Assembly (NCBI RefSeq): GCF_000737315.1
Contig: NZ_JMCB01000002.1
Coordinates: 372,001 to 436,000 of the forward strand
DNA: 64,000 nucleotides
Direction of reading: 5' to 3'
DNA from: Hyalangium minutum
GTDB taxonomy: Bacteria > Myxococcota > Myxococcia > Myxococcales > Myxococcaceae
The notes under the pieces were generated by a model. It made no database searches and was not told the DNA's origin. It saw nothing but the letters and a program-made list of their open reading frames with translations. This document shows, one piece after another, positions 48,380 to 57,707 of the stretch. Both the position numbers and the translations under genes were made by a program. How positions within the stretch are numbered: position 1 is the stretch's first letter; each line of letters begins with the position of its first letter.

Positions 48380-48400
48380 GTGTGACGTTCACGGTCACAC
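48380..48400. promoter_or_regulatory. Dyad GTGTGAC-N7-GTCACAC, candidate enhancer (UAS) for a sigma54 activator
   Basis: Perfect 7-7-7 dyad about 87 bp upstream of the predicted +1; flanked by TCACA-G-TGTGA and CACCTGGG-N3-CCCAGGTG dyads. Confidence 0.5.
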
Positions 48401-48450
48401 CTGGGATGCCCAGGTGAGAGCTAAGTCGTTGAAATGACCGGGGCGAAAAC

Positions 48451-48466
48451 TGGTACGCGGCTTGCG
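48451..48466 (+). promoter_or_regulatory. sigma54 promoter of the metal-efflux operon
   Basis: TGGTACGCGGCTTGCG matches TGGYACG-N4-TTGC exactly. Confidence 0.75.
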
Positions 48467-48480
48467 ATGGGCTTGGGTAC

Positions 48481-49725
48481 ATGGTTGCCGTGGCCCCAAT
48501 GCTCTCGATATTCCTAGTCGCTGTCCCTGCCACCGAGGGAGCGGTCTGGACGCTGGACCTCCTTGTGGGAGAGGCGCTGGAGAAGAGCCCCAAGGTGGCT
48601 GCCGCTCGTGCCGAGGAGACAGGCGCCGAGGAGGGGCTGTCGGCGGAGTCCCGGTGGATGCAGAACAACCCCCAGCTCGAGGTGGAGTACGGCACCGATG
48701 CCGTAACCCAGGATGTAGGGGAGCGGCGGATGGCGATCGCGATCAGCCAGCAGCTCCAGGTGGCTGGGCAGCGGGGCTTGAGGGTGGAGCGGGCGGAGGC
48801 GGCGCTCACGGCGGCGCGAGCCCGGCGGCGGGCGGCGGAGCTGCGCGTGGCCCGGGAGGCGGCGGATGCGGCGGCGGACTGGGGGCGGCGTGAGGCGCTC
48901 GTGAAGCTGATGGAGGAGGCGCTCGCGGCGGCTCGGACATTGGAGGAGGCTGCGGCGAAGCGCTTCGCGGCGGGAGATGTTCCGGAACTGGAGCGCAACG
49001 CGGCGGCGCTGGAGCGGGCTCGGGCCGAGGCTCGGGCCGCCCAGGCGCGTGCGGAGGAAGTCTCTGCCCGGGCCTCCTTGAACCGGCTCCTCGGGAGAGC
49101 GGCCACGGCGCCGCTGATGGTCACGACCAGCGCCGTGACCTTGCCCGAGGTGCTGGCCGCGCCACAGCCGGAGGTAGAGGAGGCCCGCGCGGAGGCCGAG
49201 GCAGCTCGGGCGGAGGTGGATCTGCTGCGCCGGGAGCGCATTCCCGATCCCACCGTGAGCCTCGGCTATGAGCAGGAGCGGCGGCCCGAGGAGCACGCCA
49301 CGGGCCCGGACTTGCACACGGCCTCGATGGTCGTGGCGCGCCTGTCCCTGCCGCTGCCGCTGTGGAACCGCAACCAGGGAGAGCTCGCCGAAGCGCGAGC
49401 CCGGCGAGCGGCCCGTGATGCGGAGCGCCAGAGCCGCGAGCGCGAGGTGGAGGCGGAGCGCGTGTCGGCACGAGAGGGTTATGAGGCAGCGCGGATTGCC
49501 GAGGCCGCGCTCACCGCGGCGCTGCCAGGCATTGAGCGCAACCTGACGCTGGTGCAGCGCGCCTACGAGGCGGGAGAGCTGAGCCTGGATGCAGTGTTGC
49601 TCGCGAGAGACCGAGCCTACGCCGCGCGAGGGGAGGCCATCGATGCCACCGCAGCGCTGGCTCGGGCCCGTGCCGCGCTGCTGAAGGCCTCGGGCCGCCT
49701 GCCGACGGGAGAGGTGCCGCGATGA
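48481..49725 (+). CDS. TolC/CzcC-family outer membrane factor
   Basis: NNPQLE, RFAAGDV, IPDPTVS, LPLWNRNQGE, AYEAGE. Start may be 48499. Confidence 0.92.
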   Translation: MVAVAPMLSIFLVAVPATEGAVWTLDLLVGEALEKSPKVAAARAEETGAEEGLSAESRWMQNNPQLEVEYGTDAVTQDVGERRMAIAISQQLQVAGQRGLRVERAEAALTAARARRRAAELRVAREAADAAADWGRREALVKLMEEALAAARTLEEAAAKRFAAGDVPELERNAAALERARAEARAAQARAEEVSARASLNRLLGRAATAPLMVTTSAVTLPEVLAAPQPEVEEARAEAEAARAEVDLLRRERIPDPTVSLGYEQERRPEEHATGPDLHTASMVVARLSLPLPLWNRNQGELAEARARRAARDAERQSREREVEAERVSAREGYEAARIAEAALTAALPGIERNLTLVQRAYEAGELSLDAVLLARDRAYAARGEAIDATAALARARAALLKASGRLPTGEVPR

Positions 49726-50276
49726 GACGCCTGTGCTCGGTGCTGCTCTGTCTGCTGGCCGCGCCGGCCTTCGCGCACGGAGGCGAGGACCATGGCGACG
49801 CCTCGAAGCCCGTGAGCTCCATAGCGGACGAGACCCATGTGCTCGGGGCCACCGGGGATGTCTTCGAGGTGGTGCTCAAGCACCCCGAGCACGGTGAGGG
49901 CGGGAAGACACCGCTGCGCGTGCTCGTCGCGGAGACGGACACCAACGCTCCGGTGTCGGGAGCCGAGGTGGAGCTGACGCTGACCGGGCCGACCGTGCAG
50001 GCGCTGAAGCCGAAAATGGAATCGCCCGGTGTGTACCAGGCGGAGGCGGAGCTGCCCGTGGGCGCCGAGTTCGCGGCCGTGGCCACCGTTACCCGAGGTG
50101 AGGCAGTGGACGTGCTCGCGCTCGGCGTGGTGCACCTGGAGCCCGAGGAGTCCACGGACCACCCCGGTGGTGCCACGTCGCGCGGGTGGCAGCTGGGCGC
50201 GGTGCTCGGGGGCCTGGGCGTGCTGGTGCTCATTTCCTGGGCGAGGGCTCGAAGGATGCGGAGGGCGGCGCCATGA
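49722..50276 (+). CDS. Periplasmic YtkA/FixH-like beta protein with N-terminal HGGEDH motif and C-terminal TM
   Basis: Signal peptide AFA|HGGEDHG; PVSGAEVELT...PGVYQA; TM + RARRMRR; overlaps both neighbours by 4 bp. Confidence 0.75.
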   Translation: MRRLCSVLLCLLAAPAFAHGGEDHGDASKPVSSIADETHVLGATGDVFEVVLKHPEHGEGGKTPLRVLVAETDTNAPVSGAEVELTLTGPTVQALKPKMESPGVYQAEAELPVGAEFAAVATVTRGEAVDVLALGVVHLEPEESTDHPGGATSRGWQLGAVLGGLGVLVLISWARARRMRRAAP

Positions 50277-51430
50277 GCCGATGGATGCACGCAGTGGGGG
50301 TGCTGCTCGTGGCGGCGGTGGCCTGGGGCCATGGCGGAGAGGACCACGGGGCGCCTCCCTCGAAGCAGGGAGTGGCCGGGCCCGGCATCTCCATCGCGAA
50401 GGAGACCCAGTTCCTGCTGGAGATCCGTACCGAGCGCGTACGGACTCGCTCCGTGGAGGCGCGGCTCGTGGCTCCGGGCAAGGTCATCCCCCGGACGGAC
50501 CGCTATGCCCAGGTGGCCTCGCCCGTGCCGGGCATCGTCATGGCCTCGGGGAGCGGCGTGCCGCTCGTGGGGCAGAAGGTGAAGAAGGGCCAGGTGCTCG
50601 CCACCGTCCAGCAGAGCCTCTCCGCCTCCGAGGCCACGGGCCTTTCCACCGGGCTCATCCAGGCCGAGGCCGAGAGCACTCGCGCGCAGGCTGCCCTGGA
50701 GCAGGCCCGGAGGGACCTGGCGCGGCTCGAGTCCCTGCAGGGCGTCGTCGCGGAGAAGGACGTGCAGCAGGCCCAGCTCGCCGTGCGCACCGCCGAGCAG
50801 GAGCTGAACCGGGCTCGCTCCGCGCGGGAGGTGCTGTCTGGAGCCCGCCAGGGGCAGGGCACCACGCGCTTCACGCTGACGGCGCCCATCGACGGGGTGC
50901 TCGTGGAGGCGCGCGCCACGGTGGGCGAGCAGGTGGATCCGTCGCGTCCGCTCTTCACGGTGCTGGACGCCTCGGTGGTCTGGGTGGAGGCGCGCGTCTA
51001 CGAGAACGACGTGGCGCGGGTGGAGGCCGCCACGGGGGCGCTCGTGCACAGCGCGGCCTACGAAGGACAGCACTTCGCCGCGCGCCTGTACCACGTGGGC
51101 CAGGTGGTGGACGAGGGTACGCGCAGCGTCCGCGTCCTCTTCGAGCTGGACAACCGCGAGGGCCGTCTGCGCCCGGGCATGTTCGTGGACGTGGCCATCG
51201 GAGCGGGAGGGCGTCAGCAGGCGCTCGCGGTGCCCGAGGCGGCGGTCATCGAGGAGGAGGGGCGCAGCTTCGTCTTCCTCCACACGGGGCCCGAGCAGTT
51301 CGAGCGGCGCGAGGTGGTGCTCGGCGTGCGCGACGGCGAGTGGCGCGCGGTGCGCCAGGGCGTGCGAGAGGGCGACCGCGTGGTGGTGAGGGGCGTGGGG
51401 ACGCTGCAGGCCACGAGAGGAGGGCGATAG
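50273..51430 (+). CDS. CzcB/CusB-family membrane fusion protein
   Basis: HGGEDHG start, GQKVKKGQ, LTAPIDG, LRPGMF, VPEAAV. Confidence 0.93.
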   Translation: MSRWMHAVGVLLVAAVAWGHGGEDHGAPPSKQGVAGPGISIAKETQFLLEIRTERVRTRSVEARLVAPGKVIPRTDRYAQVASPVPGIVMASGSGVPLVGQKVKKGQVLATVQQSLSASEATGLSTGLIQAEAESTRAQAALEQARRDLARLESLQGVVAEKDVQQAQLAVRTAEQELNRARSAREVLSGARQGQGTTRFTLTAPIDGVLVEARATVGEQVDPSRPLFTVLDASVVWVEARVYENDVARVEAATGALVHSAAYEGQHFAARLYHVGQVVDEGTRSVRVLFELDNREGRLRPGMFVDVAIGAGGRQQALAVPEAAVIEEEGRSFVFLHTGPEQFERREVVLGVRDGEWRAVRQGVREGDRVVVRGVGTLQATRGGR

Positions 51431-54400
51431 ATGCTGGACCGCATCATCCTCTTCTCGTTGCGGCACCGGCTGTTCATCGTCCTGGCGGCGGTGGCGGTGC
51501 TCCTCTATGGAGGTTGGGCCGTCACGCGGCTGCCGGTGGACGTGTTCCCGGACCTGAACCGTCCGACGGTGACGGTGATGACGGAGGCAGGAGGCCTGTC
51601 TCCGGAGGAGGTGGAGGCGCTCGTCACCCGGCCCATCGAGGTGTCGATGAACGGAGCACCGGGTGTGCGGCGGGTGCGCTCCTCGTCGGGCGTGGGGCTC
51701 TCGGTCGTCTACGTGGAGTTCGACTGGGGCACGGACATCTACCTGGACCGGCAGCTCGTGGCCGAGCGCCTCCAGGTGGCGCGCGAGGGGCTGCCCCGGG
51801 ACGCGCTGCCGCAGCTGGCGCCAGTCTCCTCCATCATGGGGGAGATCCTCCTGCTGGGCGTGCAGAGCGAGGGAGACCACTCCTCGCCACTGGAGCTGCG
51901 CTCGCTGGCCGACTGGGTGCTCCGCCAGCGCCTGCTGACCATTCCAGGCGTGGCGCAGGTGACGGTGATGGGCGGCGGGGTGAAGCAGTTCCAGGTGCTG
52001 GTGAATCCGGAGAAGCTCTTGGCCTTCGGGCTCACGCTGGAGCAGGTGGAGCAGGCCGCGCAGCTATCCCAGGGCAACACGACGGGGGGCTTCGTCACGC
52101 AAGGAGGGCGTGAGTACCTGGTGCGCAACCTGGCGCGCAGTGCTTCTGTGGAGGACCTGGCGAACACGGTGGTGGCGGTGCGGGACGGAGTGCCCGTGCG
52201 GCTCAGGCAGGTGGCCGAGGTGAAGGCGGGCCCGGCGGTGAAGCGCGGGGATGGAGGGATGAACGGGCGGCCCGCGGTCATCCTCGCGGTGCAGAAGCAG
52301 CCGGGGGCGAGCACGCTGGAGCTCACCGAGAAGGTGAAGGAGGCGCTGGCGGAGCTGCGGCGCACCCTGCCCGAGGACGTGCACGTGGAGACGCTCTTCG
52401 AGCAGGCCGCGTTCATCGAGTCCGCCATCGGCAACGTGGAGGAGGCGCTGAGGGACGGAGCCATCCTGGTGGTGGTGGTGCTGTTCTTGTTCCTGGCGAA
52501 CGTGCGCACCACGGCCATCACGCTCACGGCCATTCCGTTGTCGTTCGTCATCACCGCGCTGGTGATGAAGGCGTTCGGGCTCTCCATCAACACGCTCACG
52601 CTGGGCGGGCTGGCGGTGGCCATCGGCGAGCTGGTGGATGACGCCATCGTGGACGTGGAGAACGTCTACCGGCGGCTCAAGGAGAACCGTCAGAAGGAGC
52701 ACCCCGAGCCCGCGCTGCGCGTCGTCTACCGCGCATCCTCCGAGGTGCGGAATTCCATCGTCTTCGCCACGCTCATCGTGGTGCTCGTGTTCCTTCCGCT
52801 GTTCGCGATGGGCGGAATCGAAGGCCGGCTCTTCGCGCCGCTGGGCGTGGCCTACATCGTGTCCATCCTGGCCTCGTTGCTGGTGTCGCTCACGGTGACG
52901 CCGGTGCTGTGCGCGTACCTGTTGCCCCAGGCGCGCTTCCTGGAGCACGGGGACAGCGCGGTGGTGCGAGCGCTGAAGCAGCGGGCGAGGAGGCTCTACG
53001 AGGTATCTCTGGCCCACCCGGGCGCGGTGATGGCGGGTGCGGCGGTGCTGGTGCTGGCGGCGGTGGCCACAGTGCCGTTCCTCGGGCGCAGCTTCCTGCC
53101 GCAGTTCAACGAGGGCACAGCGACGGTGAACGTGCTGGCGCCGCCGGGCACTTCGCTGGAGGAGTCCAACCGGCTGGGGCTGTTGGCCGAGCGCCTCATC
53201 GCCTCGGTGCCCGAGGTGCATACGGTGGGCCGGCGCACGGGCCGGGCCGAGCAGGACGAGCACGCCGAAGGTGTCCACTACTCGGAGCTGGACGTGGACT
53301 TCAAGGCCGGGGGCCGCCCCCGGGGCGAGGTGCTAGGAGACATGCGGGCCCGGCTCGCGCAGCTGCCGGGCGTGTCTGTGTCCGTGGGGCAGCCCATCTC
53401 GCACCGGCTGGACCATCTGCTGTCCGGTATCCGCGCGCAGGTGGCGGTGAAGATCTTCGGACAGGACCTGGATGCGCTGCGCGCCAAGGCGGAGGAGGTG
53501 CGGCAGGTGATGGCCGAGGTACCCGGCATCGTAGACCTCCAGGTGGAGCAGCAGACGCTGATTCCGCAGCTCCAGGTCCGCCTGAAGCGCGAGGAGGCGG
53601 CGCGGCTGGGCGTGCAGCCGGGCGCCATGGCCGAGCAGCTCGAGAAGGCCTTCAACGGCGTGGTGGTGGGACAGGTGCTGGAGGGGCAGCGGACCTTCGA
53701 CGTGCTCGTGCGCTACGACGACACGGCGCGGGCCAGCGCGGAGACGTTCCGGCGGGCGTTGGTGGATACGCCCTCGGGGGCGCGGGTGCCGGTGTCGGCG
53801 GTGGCGGAGGTGGTGGAGGCGCGGGGTCCCAACCTGATCAACCACGACCACCTGCAGCGGCGCGTGGTGGTGATGGCCAACGTCGCGGGGAGAGATCTGG
53901 GCAGTGCGGTGGAGGAGGTACGCGCCCGCGTCGCCGACCGCGTGAAGCTGCCCGTGGGTGCGTCGATTGCCTACGAGGGCCAGTTCGAGAGCCAGCAGTC
54001 GGCCACGCGCCTCATCGCGCTGCTGTCGCTGGTGTCGCTGGTGGGGATGTTCGGGGTGCTGTACTCGCACTTCCGCTCGGTGCGGCTGGTGCTGCAGGTG
54101 ATGCTCAACATCCCGCTGGCGCTGGTGGGCAGCGTGGCGGCGGTGCTGCTCACGGACCGCACGCTCTCGGTGGCGACGCTGGTGGGCTTCATCACCCTGT
54201 GCGGCATCGCGAGCCGGAACACCATCATGATGATCTCGCACTACCTCCATCTGGTGGAGGTGGAGGGGGAGCGCTTCAGCCCGGAGTTGGTGGTGCGCGG
54301 CTCGCTGGAGCGGCTGGTGCCGGTGATGATGACAGCACTGACTGCAGGGCTGGCGCTGGTGCCGCTGGCGCTGGCGGCGGGCGAGCCAGGCAAGGAGCTG

Positions 54401-54598
54401 CTGCACCCTGTGGCGGTGGTCATCCTGGGAGGGCTCGTCAGCTCGACCCTCTTGGACATGGTCGTCACCCCGGCGGTGTTCTTTCGATTCGGCCGTCCGG
54501 CCCTGGAGCGGTACCTGGCGCGCAAGCAGGCGGCGCGCGAGGAGGAGGGGCTGGCGTTGGCTCCTCCCTCGGAGAGCCAGCTGCCGGGCCGTGCATGA
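51431..54598 (+). CDS. CzcA/CusA-family heavy-metal RND pump
   Basis: VDVFPDL, LGGLAVAIGELVDDAIVDVEN, FLPQFNEG, GRAEQDEHAE, RLVPVMMTA. Confidence 0.97.
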   Translation: MLDRIILFSLRHRLFIVLAAVAVLLYGGWAVTRLPVDVFPDLNRPTVTVMTEAGGLSPEEVEALVTRPIEVSMNGAPGVRRVRSSSGVGLSVVYVEFDWGTDIYLDRQLVAERLQVAREGLPRDALPQLAPVSSIMGEILLLGVQSEGDHSSPLELRSLADWVLRQRLLTIPGVAQVTVMGGGVKQFQVLVNPEKLLAFGLTLEQVEQAAQLSQGNTTGGFVTQGGREYLVRNLARSASVEDLANTVVAVRDGVPVRLRQVAEVKAGPAVKRGDGGMNGRPAVILAVQKQPGASTLELTEKVKEALAELRRTLPEDVHVETLFEQAAFIESAIGNVEEALRDGAILVVVVLFLFLANVRTTAITLTAIPLSFVITALVMKAFGLSINTLTLGGLAVAIGELVDDAIVDVENVYRRLKENRQKEHPEPALRVVYRASSEVRNSIVFATLIVVLVFLPLFAMGGIEGRLFAPLGVAYIVSILASLLVSLTVTPVLCAYLLPQARFLEHGDSAVVRALKQRARRLYEVSLAHPGAVMAGAAVLVLAAVATVPFLGRSFLPQFNEGTATVNVLAPPGTSLEESNRLGLLAERLIASVPEVHTVGRRTGRAEQDEHAEGVHYSELDVDFKAGGRPRGEVLGDMRARLAQLPGVSVSVGQPISHRLDHLLSGIRAQVAVKIFGQDLDALRAKAEEVRQVMAEVPGIVDLQVEQQTLIPQLQVRLKREEAARLGVQPGAMAEQLEKAFNGVVVGQVLEGQRTFDVLVRYDDTARASAETFRRALVDTPSGARVPVSAVAEVVEARGPNLINHDHLQRRVVVMANVAGRDLGSAVEEVRARVADRVKLPVGASIAYEGQFESQQSATRLIALLSLVSLVGMFGVLYSHFRSVRLVLQVMLNIPLALVGSVAAVLLTDRTLSVATLVGFITLCGIASRNTIMMISHYLHLVEVEGERFSPELVVRGSLERLVPVMMTALTAGLALVPLALAAGEPGKELLHPVAVVILGGLVSSTLLDMVVTPAVFFRFGRPALERYLARKQAAREEEGLALAPPSESQLPGRA

Positions 54599-54633
54599 GG
54601 GAAGTCATGGGTAGGAATGTTTGGGAGAGGCAC

Positions 54634-55752
54634 ATGAAGCACTGGATGGGGTGGCTGCTGATCGCGGGGCTGGTGGCCGCATGTGACAAGAAGACGGAAG
54701 CTCCGGGCGCTGGTGCGCCACCGCCTACCACGGCTTCGGCCTCGGCGAAGCAGGCGCATGAGAACGAGCCGCACGAACATGCGTCTCCCCACGGCGGCTT
54801 GGTGGAGTCCTCTTCACGGGGGCATGTAGAACTGGTGGCCTCGCGGGATGGGAAGTACCGCGTGTACCTGCTCGATGACGACATGAAGGTGCGCCCGGTC
54901 GAGGGCGCCAGTGGTTCCATCAAGGTGGCCAAGGCGGGCTATCCCAATGTCGTGCTCGCTCCCGAGGGAGACCACCTGGTGGGGGAAGGACCAGCCCACA
55001 CGGACGAGCACCTGGCCATGGTGGTGACGGTGGTGCAGGGCGGGAAGCCAGAGACGCTCCGCTTCAACGCGCACCTGGAGGCGAAAGGCCACGCCGCTGC
55101 GGGGGCCGAGGGCATGAAGGCGCACGACCACACGCCGCTGCAGGGCGGCATGGTGGCGATGAGCGGAGAGCTGCACCTCGAGGTGCTCTCGCAGCGCTCG
55201 GGAGAGGTGCGTGTATGGGTGACGGATGCCTTCCGCAAGCCGGTGCCGCTCGAGGGGATGAAGGGGACGGTGAACGCTGGGGGCCAGAGCGTGCCGCTCA
55301 CGCCGGAGCCCGGAGGCCAGTTCCTGACGGCGAAGCTGTCGCCATCGGATCAGGAGCGCGAGACGACGGTGCGTCTGCCGATGCCGGGAGACCCGGAATA
55401 CTTCATCACCTTCCTGCTGACGCCGAAGGATGCGCGGGCGGCGGCCGCCTCGGCTCCGATCAAGTCGGAGGGGAGGGCCGCTCCGGAGGCGATGCAGGAG
55501 GTGACCATCAACGTGGCGGGCGGCTACCAGCCGAGCGAGGTGAGCCTGAAGAAGGGAGTGCCGGTCCGGCTGCGCTTCATTCGCAAGGACACGGGTGGGT
55601 GCTCGGAGGAGCTGGTCATCCCGGACTTCGGGGTGAAAAAGGCGCTGCCGGGGCTGACGGAGACGGTGGTGGAGTTCACGCCGGACAAGACGGGCACCTT
55701 CCCGTTCACGTGCGGCATGGGGATGTTGAAGGGCCAGCTCGTGGTGAACTGA
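54634..55752 (+). CDS. His-rich metal-binding lipoprotein with C-terminal CupA-like cupredoxin domain
   Basis: Lipobox LVAAC; HENEPHEHASPHGG and AHDHTPLQGG repeated domains; GGCSEEL and FTCGMGML. Confidence 0.82.
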   Translation: MKHWMGWLLIAGLVAACDKKTEAPGAGAPPPTTASASAKQAHENEPHEHASPHGGLVESSSRGHVELVASRDGKYRVYLLDDDMKVRPVEGASGSIKVAKAGYPNVVLAPEGDHLVGEGPAHTDEHLAMVVTVVQGGKPETLRFNAHLEAKGHAAAGAEGMKAHDHTPLQGGMVAMSGELHLEVLSQRSGEVRVWVTDAFRKPVPLEGMKGTVNAGGQSVPLTPEPGGQFLTAKLSPSDQERETTVRLPMPGDPEYFITFLLTPKDARAAAASAPIKSEGRAAPEAMQEVTINVAGGYQPSEVSLKKGVPVRLRFIRKDTGGCSEELVIPDFGVKKALPGLTETVVEFTPDKTGTFPFTCGMGMLKGQLVVN

Positions 55753-55772
55753 AGGGAGCCGGAGGCGCGAGC

Positions 55773-56333
55773 ATGGAACGCATCGAGCGAGAGGACGGTG
55801 AGCCGGTGGTGAAGGCGCTGGTGGACAACCACCGGCACTTCCTCGCGTTCCTGGAGCGCCGCGTCGGTAGCCGCGCGGTGGCGGAGGAGCTGCTGCAGAG
55901 CGCCTTCGTGCGGTCGCTGGAAAAGAGCGGCGCGCTACGAGACGAGGAGCGGGCGGTGGCGTGGTTCTACCGGCTGCTGCGTAACGCGCTGGTGGACCAC
56001 TACCGCAAGCAGGCCGCCGAGGGCCGTGCTCTGGAGCACGAGGCGCGCGAGGCCACCGAGGTGGGACCGGATCCGGAGCTGAAACAGGCCGTCTGCGCCT
56101 GCGTGGGCGAGCTGCTCCCCACCCTGAAGCCCGAGTACTCGGAGCTGCTGCGTCAGGTGGAGCTGGAGGAGCGCAGCGTGCCGGAGGCCGCGGCGGCGGT
56201 GGGCATCACCCCGAACAACGCCGGAGTGAGGCTCCACCGGGCGCGTCAGGCGCTCAAGCGGCAGCTAGAGAAGAGCTGCGGCACCTGCGCCACCCACGGC
56301 TGCCTCGACTGCTCCTGCCAACGGCGCTGCTAG
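55773..56333 (+). CDS. CorE-like metal-responsive ECF sigma factor
   Basis: AEELLQSAF, WFYRLLRN sigma2; CAC between sigma2 and sigma4; VRLHRAR; Cys-rich tail CGTCATHGCLDCSCQRRC. Confidence 0.85.
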   Translation: MERIEREDGEPVVKALVDNHRHFLAFLERRVGSRAVAEELLQSAFVRSLEKSGALRDEERAVAWFYRLLRNALVDHYRKQAAEGRALEHEAREATEVGPDPELKQAVCACVGELLPTLKPEYSELLRQVELEERSVPEAAAAVGITPNNAGVRLHRARQALKRQLEKSCGTCATHGCLDCSCQRRC

Positions 56334-56540
56334 GAGTTTGTTGAGGTAGACGAGGGCTCACTCACCGCGAGGACCGCCAGTCGAGACGACGCATGTGCAC
56401 TGAGCGACCAGGCACGTTCCCCTGCGTGGGTAGGGCGGTGCGACCTGGGGCCTTCCGTCTGTAAAGCATTGCGCGGTATCCTCCCAGGTTGGGCGAGCCG
56501 TAGGCGGTCTACGCCTCGGGCAATTGGAGGAGCCGAGACC

Positions 56541-57599
56541 ATGAGCCGGGTGCTGGAGCAGAAGGTCCTCGATTTGGCGAGCGGGCTGCTCGAATCTCAA
56601 GACCTCGCGCAGTTACAGGCGCGTACGGAGTCCCTCCTAGCGAAGCTCTTTCAAGCAGACCATGTGGCGTTCTGCCGGATGCATCCGGACCTGCCCACAT
56701 TGTTCGATTGGAAGGCGAGCACGACGGGACATTTCCTTCAGAGCTATTACCAGTGGTACCAGAACGACTTCGTCTTCCGTTGGCTCTCGCAACATCCCAA
56801 CATCGCGTCGAGCGACACGGAAATGCTTCGGGGTCGGAAGCTTGAGGAGACAGAGACGTATCGGCGCAGCCGCGAGTCGCATTTGGGCTTGAGGCATGTC
56901 CTCGCGGTTTTGCTGGCTCCCGAGGGCCAGCTGGGCAGTGGTGCCGTCGCGCTGTACACCGATCGAGACAAACCTTTCCCTGAGGAGAGTCGGCGTTTGC
57001 TGCAAAGGCTCACCCCCGCCCTATCGGGGGCGTTCGTGAACTTCGCTCGATTCGGTGCGCTGTCCTCTCACAACCAGCTCCTGGAAGAGCTGCTTGACCA
57101 GCATGGAACGCATACCATCGTGGTGGATGCCCAGCGGCGGGAGGTCTTCCGAATAGGAGCTGTCAGATCGTTGCTTGAAAACTGGTTCCCCTCGCGATCT
57201 GACCGGGACGAGGGGGGAATCCCTCGGGCCTGGAGAGATCGGATGGACGCGCTCATGACGGGGAGCGTCCCTCTCAATCTCCCAGCGGACTCATGGAGGG
57301 AGAAGCGGGGGCTGAGCACCTTGGAGGTGTGCTTCACCAGACTGCCGAGCATCAATGGCCGCAGCCTCTGGGAGTTACGGCTGAAGGAGGTCCATGTGGT
57401 ACCCGAAAAGTGGCGGCAAATACTGACGCCCAGACAGTTCGAGGCGGCTGCCCTCGTTGTTCAGGGCCTGGCAGACAAAGAGATCGCCGACAAGCTCGGT
57501 ATCACCGAGGACACGGCGAAGGACCACGTCCAGTCGGCCTACAAGAGATTGAAGGTATCGGGCCGGGCCGGACTCATCGCCCTGGCCTTGCGGTCCTGA
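56541..57599 (+). CDS. LuxR-type transcriptional regulator with N-terminal GAF/ligand-binding-like domain
   Basis: LTPRQFEAAALVVQGLADKEIADKLGITEDTAKDHV HTH; GGAGG SD. Confidence 0.88.
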   Translation: MSRVLEQKVLDLASGLLESQDLAQLQARTESLLAKLFQADHVAFCRMHPDLPTLFDWKASTTGHFLQSYYQWYQNDFVFRWLSQHPNIASSDTEMLRGRKLEETETYRRSRESHLGLRHVLAVLLAPEGQLGSGAVALYTDRDKPFPEESRRLLQRLTPALSGAFVNFARFGALSSHNQLLEELLDQHGTHTIVVDAQRREVFRIGAVRSLLENWFPSRSDRDEGGIPRAWRDRMDALMTGSVPLNLPADSWREKRGLSTLEVCFTRLPSINGRSLWELRLKEVHVVPEKWRQILTPRQFEAAALVVQGLADKEIADKLGITEDTAKDHVQSAYKRLKVSGRAGLIALALRS

Positions 57600-57687
57600 G
57601 ACACTTCGGCGCCGGAGCAAGCCCTTTCCAGAAGGACCCGCCCCGGCGCCCTCCGACGCGGTGTGTGCGGGGAGCGACGCCGGAAGC

Positions 57688-57706
57688 GGGACGGGACATC
57701 CGTCCC
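57688..57706. terminator. Hairpin between convergent luxR-like and redox genes
   Basis: GGGACGG-GACAT-CCGTCCC directly after the stop of the minus-strand gene. Confidence 0.35.
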
Positions 57707-57707
57707 C

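Noticed and set aside
52909-54633. 5' part of the 947-aa ORF suggesting an RND-cupredoxin fusion
   Set aside because: Off-frame overlap with the RND gene; the real lipoprotein starts at 54634 with its own lipobox.
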